Source: an uncultured Verrucomicrobiales bacterium
GTDB lineage: Bacteria > Verrucomicrobiota > Verrucomicrobiia > Verrucomicrobiales > DEV007
Assembly (NCBI GenBank): GCA_938091905.1
Contig: CALKOM010000002.1
Location: forward strand, 1-12,622
Length of the DNA: 12,622 bases
Reading direction: 5' to 3'
Made by a program: the position numbers and the translations under genes. Below the pieces are notes generated by a model. The model ran no database searches and was not told the DNA's origin. It saw only the letters and a program-made list of their open reading frames with translations. Positions 1 to 6,633 of the stretch are shown here, piece after piece (positions within the stretch are counted from its first letter, which is position 1; the number at the start of each line of letters is the position of its first letter).

Positions 1-219
1 CATAAAAGACGACGCCACAGCTCCTTGGGAAACGTCTCGCCCGAAACATTTCTCAATCAACACTTCCAAACTCAGAAAACCCACCTAAACTAACAATGCG
101 ATCTGTCTGATCCGTGTCCACTTTCTTGGGGGAATTCCAGACGAGCGTTCGCTCTATCTTCATGTCGATCCAATTCCTCTTGAGCGAGTAGGGCCAAGCT
201 TGATAGCACCAGAAGCGTT

Positions 220-1380
220 TTATGATTTTGTCGTGGTGAAAAGATAAGGATCCATCCAACCTTTCGTGCCTTGAGGAGGGATGAGGTCGAATGAAGTTGG
301 CTTCGCAGGGAGTCGGAAACTAACGCCAACGGGGAACCTGCCCTCGGGAGGCTTCCTTGTGTAGCGGCCTCCTCCCCAGTAGTCGCCCACGGCAACCAAG
401 TCGAAGCGAGACAGTTTCCCGTCCGTGAATGAGAGCTGGCCTACCAAATTAGCTTCGTAGCCGCTGGAGCCGTCGCTGCGGGCGAGGCGGACCTTGCCGC
501 GGATGTTGCCATCAATGTCGACCTTGAGCGAGGCTTGTTTCACGTCTTTCGGTTTCCAGAACGTGGGTTCTCCGCGGGTGTTATCGACCAAGTGATAGCG
601 AACTAAGCGTTGTGTGAGGGAACCCGTAAACACCCCGCGAGCCAACGCTTTTTGTTCTTTGGGTGTGATCCACAGGTTGTCACGAGACACGGCTTTCTGG
701 AAAATCTCGCGCCAGGAATCGTCAGTTTTCTCATAGCCACCTAGCACTTTAACGTGCGCGCGGGCAATGATCGTACCTTTGGGTGGGATGGCTTGGTATT
801 GCGGGTCTGCTTTCGTGACCTTAAGAGGCTGGGCAGCTTTGTTTGGAGAATAGTGCTTGAGTGCTTCAGTGAGCTGCTTCTTCACTTTCCAGTGGCCTCG
901 ATTGTTATTGAAAGCGAGGAGGTCACCGCTGGGAGAGATGGTGTAGAGTCCCTGTGTGGTTAAATTCACATCGTTCCGTGGACTTTGGGCGATGACCTCA
1001 CGCCAGAAGTCGCCTTCTTCGTCTTTCTGTTGTCGTTGATTGAACTGATCAATCGCGACAGGAACGAACTTTGTTTGGAGCAGCTCGATGATTTCAGGAT
1101 CGGCAAAGGTCGACGCACGGTCGAGGACGCCATTGTTTCAAGTGCAACCTAACGGGTGCCCATCCATGGCCCAAACAAAGAGAGGCTTGCCTTCTTTCAG
1201 TGCGAGTTGTTGCGCTGGCACGAGTGAGACTTGCCATGGAATCGTCGTCCATGCTTCCTTTGAGGGTCGTAGCGTTTGATGCCAGCTCGCAAAGGTTTTT
1301 GTAGTCAGTTCAGGACCACTCAGGACAGGGATTATTGAAAGCGTGAGTGCACCTATGGTCGCGAAGAGGATTCCTTGCAT
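220..1380 (-). CDS. Putative exported selenoprotein, 386 aa, Sec at residue 81 (TGA 1140-1138); thioredoxin-like (Thioredoxin_7/SelN-like) N-terminal domain plus an uncharacterised C-terminal domain
   Basis: Manual translation through the TGA gives ...IPWQVSLVPAQQLALKEGKPLFVWAMDGHPLGCT-U-NNGVLDRASTFADPEIIELLQTKFVPVAIDQFNQRQQKDEEGDFWREVIAQSPRNDVNLTTQGLY..., which joins the 220..969 ORF in frame. There are 56 stop-free codons between them. Thioredoxin-fold motifs lie on both sides of the TGA, and the N-terminus is hydrophobic like a signal peptide. ATG at 1380 is preferred over TTG at 1383. Confidence 0.85.
1101..1132 (-). promoter_or_regulatory. Candidate bacterial SECIS element
   Basis: The mRNA after UGA reads AACAA UGGCG UCC UCGAC CGUGC GUCGA CCUU UGCCG. 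Upper stem UCGAC/GUCGA; 5-nt loop CGUGC with G at loop position 2 followed by U; lower stem UGGCG/UGCCG. The loop starts 18 nt after UGA, matching the general bacterial SECIS model. Confidence 0.7.
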
Positions 1381-1385
1381 CAATC

Positions 1386-1436
1386 AAGAAATGGAGCGCA
1401 GCGGCCCTTGTCAACTGGTGTCCCCGCTCTCATCAT
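1386..1436. promoter_or_regulatory. Bidirectional sigma70-type promoter with overlapping -35 boxes
   Basis: Plus strand: TTGTCA(1408-1413)-17 nt-CATCAT(1431-1436)-5 nt-GTG(1442). Minus strand: TTGACA(1414-1409)-17 nt-TTTCTT(1391-1386)-5 nt-ATG(1380). Confidence 0.55.
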
Positions 1437-1441
1437 GGCGT

Positions 1442-2086
1442 GTGGCGACGTTTGTCCAATTTCTCTCGGATCTCTATGAAATAGGGCACGTGTCCTTGCC
1501 TGTCTTGGATCAGGGCGAGGGGCCAGACTTTGCATCACAGCGGGCGCAGGAACTGATTTCCTCACGCGATCAAACTTTGCGCCTCTCTGCAGCTGGATCT
1601 TTGCCCGAATTGGCGATGCCCGTGGCGCTAATGGGTGCTCGATGTCTCTACCTTGGCTGCCAGCTGTTTGTGGACCGCACCCGACCCATGACCGCGCTCG
1701 ATGGCTGTGTGCATGAAATTGGAAAACTAAGCCCAACCCCATCGACGGTGTATTCGTTGGATCTGGCCCTTGCCTTTCTGCCAGACCTGCATGCCCACGC
1801 GCGACAGCTTACGGAGGATGATGAACTCATGCGCCTCCTTGATCAACTGGCTCGACTGTGGCCATTCTCTACCGTGGGAATTCCCGAGAACGAGTCGGCC
1901 TGGGATCGAATCGCTCTGTGGTGGGACGACGTTAGCCTGCGGATCAGTTATGTGGATCGCCTCCTTGCTCGTGATGAGGGAGCTTGCCTGCGGCACGTGC
2001 CAGTGGCCGAGGCGGTGAAGGACGCGCTAGGCATGCGAGTCGAGGAACTCGCTGGGGATTCTGTAAGAACAATCTTGGCTACTTGA
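1442..2086 (+). CDS. bpX4-like protein (MoxR-vWA-beta-propeller ternary system accessory domain)
   Basis: Motifs FVQFLSDLYEIGHV, ARCLYLGCQLFVDR, VYSLDLALAFLPDL, LARLWPFSTVG and YVDRLL match my recollection of the bpX4 family. GTG 1442 is chosen as start because the ORF-track start (1343) overlaps the divergent gene and 1442 fits the promoter spacing. Confidence 0.65.
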   Translation: MATFVQFLSDLYEIGHVSLPVLDQGEGPDFASQRAQELISSRDQTLRLSAAGSLPELAMPVALMGARCLYLGCQLFVDRTRPMTALDGCVHEIGKLSPTPSTVYSLDLALAFLPDLHAHARQLTEDDELMRLLDQLARLWPFSTVGIPENESAWDRIALWWDDVSLRISYVDRLLARDEGACLRHVPVAEAVKDALGMRVEELAGDSVRTILAT

Positions 2087-2696
2087 GAATTTGGTCGAGT
2101 CCGTCGACACAAGCTTGAGACCAGCCTTCGAGCCGATTATGGCGCTCTAACAAGTCTTCTCGCGAGAGAAAGGTGAGGTCTGCGATCTCCGATTCATTGG
2201 CTTCCACATCGTTGGTCGCCAAGTCGAAGAGGTGGACGACACCGAGATGAACACGGCCGACTTCGTTGTCATCAAGATTGAGCAGGGCGATGATGCGTTG
2301 CTCGTAGCTGCCGGTTATCTTTAGTTCCTCGTTGACCTCGCGCTCGACACCACGCAGGTAGGTCTCACGTCCGAGAGGTTCAGGTGATTTGTCTGTGGTA
2401 TTGATGTGACCACCGATGCCAATCGAGCCCTTTGAGGCGAGCCGTTGCTCACCCGACTTCTTTCCGCGCACGTAGTGGAGGAACTTGCCGCCGTGATGAA
2501 AGATCGCGTAAGGAATGATCTGTTTGTGAGTGGGATCATCCTCGGCGTCATCACGAGACATGAAGAAGTTGTTCTCTGGCTTGAGAAACGTTGGCAGGTA
2601 GCGGTCGACCTCGAATTGAAGTCCCTGGAAGCTCCCGAGGTCATCTAGGAGAGGGCGGGGGATCACCAGAACTTGTTCATCACCGTATCGACTCAT
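2079..2696 (-). CDS. NUDIX-family predicted phosphoesterase (YmaB/COG4112-like)
   Basis: Motifs AEDDPTHKQIIPY, GEQRL, SIGIGGHIN, REVNEEL (Nudix-like) and VGRVHLG. ATG at 2696. Convergent 8-bp overlap with the bpX4-like gene. Confidence 0.85.
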   Translation of the reverse strand: MSRYGDEQVLVIPRPLLDDLGSFQGLQFEVDRYLPTFLKPENNFFMSRDDAEDDPTHKQIIPYAIFHHGGKFLHYVRGKKSGEQRLASKGSIGIGGHINTTDKSPEPLGRETYLRGVEREVNEELKITGSYEQRIIALLNLDDNEVGRVHLGVVHLFDLATNDVEANESEIADLTFLSREDLLERHNRLEGWSQACVDGLDQILK

Positions 2697-2734
2697 CCGC
2701 AATCTCTTAGGCTGCGGTGCGAGTGGTGGCCAGA

Positions 2735-3580
2735 CTAAATCGCGGATTTCGCAAATGAACGTCTGTCAAGATGGGGCGAGAGCTCATGCTCGATCCACTG
2801 CTCCAACGTGGCATGGAAATCGTTTCGAGTTTCTGCGTGAAAGGGTTCATGGAGGACATCTTCCAAAAGTCTGAATGTCTTTGCTTTCACCACCAGACGC
2901 TCGAAGAAAGTTTGAGCGAGGAGTGGGGAACAGATGGGATCCGCGCCACCATGTGTCATCAGCATGCGAAGGTTGGGATTGATCTTGTTTGAGATCGTCT
3001 GCAGTTCGCGTGCTGCCTCCAGGAGGATGATGCCGAGGCGCACTGTGATGCATTTGTGCATGAGCGGATCGCGACGTTTATCGGGGCCTGGACGGCATTG
3101 GCTGCTGCGTATGCCGCTCTTTATTGGAAAGCGAGGGCACACGGCGTGAAGTAATCGTGCCAGGCGCCGTTTGAGCGGCGACGCGTTGGTTTCAGGATCG
3201 ATCAGCGTCGATCCGATCCAAGTAAAGTCAGCCAGATCGGGGTATTTCGCTAAATGATAGAGCGCAATGAACCCTCCCATAGAGTGGCCAAATAATCCGA
3301 TCTGCTTACTCGGGCCGATGTCGTTACGAAGGGCCTCCATTTGCGTCATGAGGAGCTTGGTCATGGTCGCCATTGATCCGATGTGTCCACGCTGGCCTGG
3401 TGATTGTCCGTGCCCGGGCCAATCAAACGCCCGACAATAGATTCCGTGTTTTGCGCAGAGTGCTAGGTGCTGAGCATGTCTCCCGCTGTGCTCGCCAAGC
3501 CCATGGAGCATCACCGCACCGGCGCGTGCGGCCGTGGGGTCACCGAAGCTGCGTTGGAAGACGTCGCTCGGTGATGTCAT
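2735..3580 (-). CDS. Alpha/beta hydrolase, lysophospholipase/monoacylglycerol lipase (PldB-like)
   Basis: HGLGEH oxyanion motif, FDWPGHGQS, nucleophile elbow GHSMGG, catalytic Asp in HGGADPI and His in LHEP. Confidence 0.9.
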   Translation of the reverse strand: MTSPSDVFQRSFGDPTAARAGAVMLHGLGEHSGRHAQHLALCAKHGIYCRAFDWPGHGQSPGQRGHIGSMATMTKLLMTQMEALRNDIGPSKQIGLFGHSMGGFIALYHLAKYPDLADFTWIGSTLIDPETNASPLKRRLARLLHAVCPRFPIKSGIRSSQCRPGPDKRRDPLMHKCITVRLGIILLEAARELQTISNKINPNLRMLMTHGGADPICSPLLAQTFFERLVVKAKTFRLLEDVLHEPFHAETRNDFHATLEQWIEHELSPHLDRRSFAKSAI

Positions 3581-3588
3581 GGGTTCGG

Positions 3589-4404
3589 TTAATTAGATTC
3601 TGTCCTGACTTCTAATTGAGTTAGGGCGGCGATCTCTGCCGGGACATCGTCGCTTCTCATCAGCGTTTCGCCAACGAGAATCGTGTTGGCACCCCAGTCA
3701 AAGACTTGCTGAGCATCTTTTCGGGATTTGATGCCACTTTCACTCACGAAGATAAGATCGTCGGCAATCTCAAGGCTCAGGGCTTCGGTTGTCTTGAGGT
3801 CGACCTCGAAGGTCTTCAAATTGCGATTATTGACCCCAATGATGCGGGCTTCCGTATCGAGAGCGCGGTGAAGCTCTTCCTCATCATGGACCTCCACAAG
3901 GACATCTAGCTGACTCATGTGGGAGATTTCTAACAGAGAAACGAGTTCGTCTTGTTCGAGGCAGGCCACGATCAGCAGAATCGCATCCGCGCCTGCAACG
4001 ACCGCTTCATAGATTTGTGCAGGGTGAATAATGAAATCCTTGCGGAGCAAAGGAACATCCACGCATTTGCGTATCTGTGAGAGATAACTGAGACTGCCTT
4101 GAAAGAACTTCTCATCGGTTAGAACCGAGATGGCGTTGGCTCCTGACTCAGCATAGATCTGCGCCTGTAGGATAGGGTCGAATTCCTCGGCGATGACGCC
4201 AGCGGAGGGGGAGGCTTTCTTCACCTCCGCGATGAGGGAAATTTGATCGAGCCCCTGATCAATAGCGCGCTCGAAGGAACGAAAGTCGTCTCTGGTCAGC
4301 GCGGCCGCACGAAGTTTGTCCTCTAGCGGAATGATCTTCTCGATTTCCGTGCGCTTGTGCGCAACGATTTCTTGAAGGCGGTTGGAAACGGGAGCGTTAC
4401 TCAT
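3589..4404 (-). CDS. trpC: Indole-3-glycerol phosphate synthase
   Basis: Motifs IAEVKKASPSAG, AISVLTD, LRKDF, GADAILLI, LVEVH, IGVNNRNL, VSESGI and LVGETLM. Confidence 0.97.
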   Translation of the reverse strand: MSNAPVSNRLQEIVAHKRTEIEKIIPLEDKLRAAALTRDDFRSFERAIDQGLDQISLIAEVKKASPSAGVIAEEFDPILQAQIYAESGANAISVLTDEKFFQGSLSYLSQIRKCVDVPLLRKDFIIHPAQIYEAVVAGADAILLIVACLEQDELVSLLEISHMSQLDVLVEVHDEEELHRALDTEARIIGVNNRNLKTFEVDLKTTEALSLEIADDLIFVSESGIKSRKDAQQVFDWGANTILVGETLMRSDDVPAEIAALTQLEVRTESN

Positions 4405-5117
4405 TGAAGCTTCGAGATGTCGATAAGGACGTCACCAATGCCCGGCTTGGCTGTGCCAGGCTTGGTTGTGCCGCGAACTACCTGAACGATGGCGTCTTCA
4501 GGCTGACTACTGGTTACCTTCACATTGGCCAAGAGTTCATAGCTATCTGGTCTACGAACCGCGAACTCCTGGTTGGGTGAGACGCCGTCGAGCATCCCTT
4601 TATTGATGGTGTAAAACTCCCATTCTGGTTCGTAATGGCTGATCTTGGCGATGACCGGTAGCTTGGCCATTGCCTGTTCGGCAGGCGACAGCCCTGCGAG
4701 CGGCGATGGTGGTGGTGATGGCAGCTCGGCGGCTGTCGGCGGTGAACTTGGTGCCGGAATATTGGCTGACATTCCGGGCGGGCGTTGTCCATCGGGTAGG
4801 GGCGCTGGGAGATTGCGGAGTTCATTGAAGCGTTCCTGAAGAGCGCTGGTCTCAGCCATCTGTTCTTGGAGGGCTGCTGAAGTTTGATCTGCCTTGGGAT
4901 CGCGCATGCCGAGCCGGGATTCGAGAGCCGCGAGGCGCTCTTTCATCGGCATATCTGCTTGCTGTTTCCAGGCTTCTTGGAAGCTCACCAAATCGTTGCG
5001 TAGCTGAGACACTTCGGTTTGGCCTTGGTAGTTGAGGAAGGCCATCGCTCCAAGAAGAAAAACGGAGACGACTTGGAGAATGACCAGCGTGGTCAGGAGG
5101 CTCTGGTAAGGTTTCAT
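4401..5117 (-). CDS. Hypothetical membrane-anchored protein (N-terminal TM helix, coiled coil, Pro-rich linker, C-terminal beta domain)
   Basis: 238-aa ORF with a hydrophobic stretch at about residues 7-28, a heptad-like Q/E/L region and PSSPP/PSPPPSP linker. Its stop overlaps the trpC start (ATGA, 4404-4401). Confidence 0.8.
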   Translation of the reverse strand: MKPYQSLLTTLVILQVVSVFLLGAMAFLNYQGQTEVSQLRNDLVSFQEAWKQQADMPMKERLAALESRLGMRDPKADQTSAALQEQMAETSALQERFNELRNLPAPLPDGQRPPGMSANIPAPSSPPTAAELPSPPPSPLAGLSPAEQAMAKLPVIAKISHYEPEWEFYTINKGMLDGVSPNQEFAVRRPDSYELLANVKVTSSQPEDAIVQVVRGTTKPGTAKPGIGDVLIDISKLQ

Positions 5118-5663
5118 AAGCGATTTGGGGCGTGCATTCCCAAGCTAGAGTGACCCATAGCAATCGGGCGCTGACAAGTCCAATGCTAATAAAACGCTAT
5201 ATTTGTAACCTTTCTTGGAGGCGCGTGAACTGATGGCGGAGTGTGGCTGGATTTAGGCTACAGGCATGATTCGGGGGGGACCCAGGCTGGGGGGAGTTCA
5301 CGAATTCTCGTGAAGTCTTCGGGAAATCTTGAGGGGGGCAGACGTTGAAGCCAGAGTTTTAAGTTGATCTACTATGCGCGATATCACTCGCTCTGATGAG
5401 CGAGGAATCGCCGCCATCCTTGGCGATGCTCAAAGAAGCGAGGTGACAAGCAGGAGTAGGATTTTTGTTACTGTTAGTGTTGTGATGGCGTGAGTGTGGA
5501 AGGTTTGTCGACACTTCTCCTTTGCAACGTGAGTTCACTTTCAAGGAACTGTCAGTAATCCCAGGACAGGATTAATTCTTCTTTCCCTCCCCGTCGCCTA
5601 AGATTTCGAAGGAATACCAAGGCAAGGGTTGAGCCCGGGGAGTATCTCGGCTTAGGAAAGGGG

Positions 5664-6548
5664 ATGGAAACCACGATCATTGATGGAAAGCAGGTCGCCG
5701 CCGCAGTGCTGGAAGATGTCCGTGCGGACATGGCTGCGCTGGCCCAGGATGGGAGGCAGCCTGGCCTGGCCGTTGTCTTGGTTGGCAGTGATCCCGCATC
5801 GCAAGCTTATGTTGGATCCAAAGAGCGCACTTGTAACAAGCTTGGTATGTTTTCTCGCAAGGAAGAGCTGCCGGAGGACACCTCGCAGGAGGCGTTGTTG
5901 GCGTTGATCGAGGAACTGAATCAGGATGCCAGGGTTCACGGCATCTTAGTTCAATCACCACCGCCCGTTCACATTGATGAAGCTGCCGTCGTTCGTGCGA
6001 TCGATCCAGCCAAGGATGTGGATGGGTTTCACCCCGTCAATGTGGCGAAACTTGCTCTTGAGGATCCCAGTGCTTTCGTTCCCTGCACTCCGCTAGGGTG
6101 TCAGAAACTACTCATCGCAAGCGGGATAGAGACCGCAGGCGCTCACGTGGTCATCGTGGGAAGAAGTTTGATTGTGGGGAAATCGTTAGGATTACTGCTC
6201 ATGGCCAAGGCGCCTCATGCGAATGCGACGGTGACGATTGCGCACTCTCGCACGAAGGACCTCGCTACGGTGACCAAGCAGGCCGACATTCTGGTAGCTG
6301 CCATTGGGCGTCCCCACTTTATCACTGCGGACCATGTGCGTGATGGTGCTGTGGTGATCGATGTCGGTATTAATCGCGTTGACGATGCCAGCGCGAAGCG
6401 CGGCTATCGGTTAGTAGGCGATGTTGACTACGATGCCGTGGCGCCAAAGTGTCAGGCGATCACACCAGTGCCAGGCGGAGTCGGGCCGATGACGATTGCC
6501 ATGCTCATGGCGAACACCGTGAAGGCGTGTAGGCAACAGTCAGCCTAG
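5664..6548 (+). CDS. folD: Bifunctional methylenetetrahydrofolate dehydrogenase/cyclohydrolase
   Basis: Motifs [56 protein letters not shown] and [12 protein letters not shown]. Confidence 0.98.
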   Translation: METTIIDGKQVAAAVLEDVRADMAALAQDGRQPGLAVVLVGSDPASQAYVGSKERTCNKLGMFSRKEELPEDTSQEALLALIEELNQDARVHGILVQSPPPVHIDEAAVVRAIDPAKDVDGFHPVNVAKLALEDPSAFVPCTPLGCQKLLIASGIETAGAHVVIVGRSLIVGKSLGLLLMAKAPHANATVTIAHSRTKDLATVTKQADILVAAIGRPHFITADHVRDGAVVIDVGINRVDDASAKRGYRLVGDVDYDAVAPKCQAITPVPGGVGPMTIAMLMANTVKACRQQSA

Positions 6549-6633
6549 GAACAAATTGGTGTTCAAGCCGCCATGGTGCCCCGCCGCCGACCGGCATGAG
6601 GCTTTTGGATGAAAACTATCCGTCTTTGATGAG

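Noticed and set aside
1..259. Short minus ORFs (53..259, 90..395) and a possible ATG at 3-1
   Set aside because: The ORFs overlap the selenoprotein gene and have no recognisable motif. A gene starting at the window edge cannot be assessed.
220..969. Independent 249-aa gene starting at GTG 969, plus a separate 81-aa gene at 1138..1383
   Set aside because: The frame is open from the TGA to 969 with clear Trx-fold sequence, so a single read-through gene explains it better.
5393..5440. Hammerhead ribozyme core CUGAUGA
   Set aside because: No correctly placed GAAA after a stem II (the sequence reads GCUCAAAG), and the motif lies inside another hairpin.
5450..5530. THF or ZTP riboswitch upstream of folD
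   Set aside because: Only superficial GAGUAG/GUUAGUG resemblance. The conserved THF and ZTP (GACUGGCG...CGCCUGGG) elements are not present.
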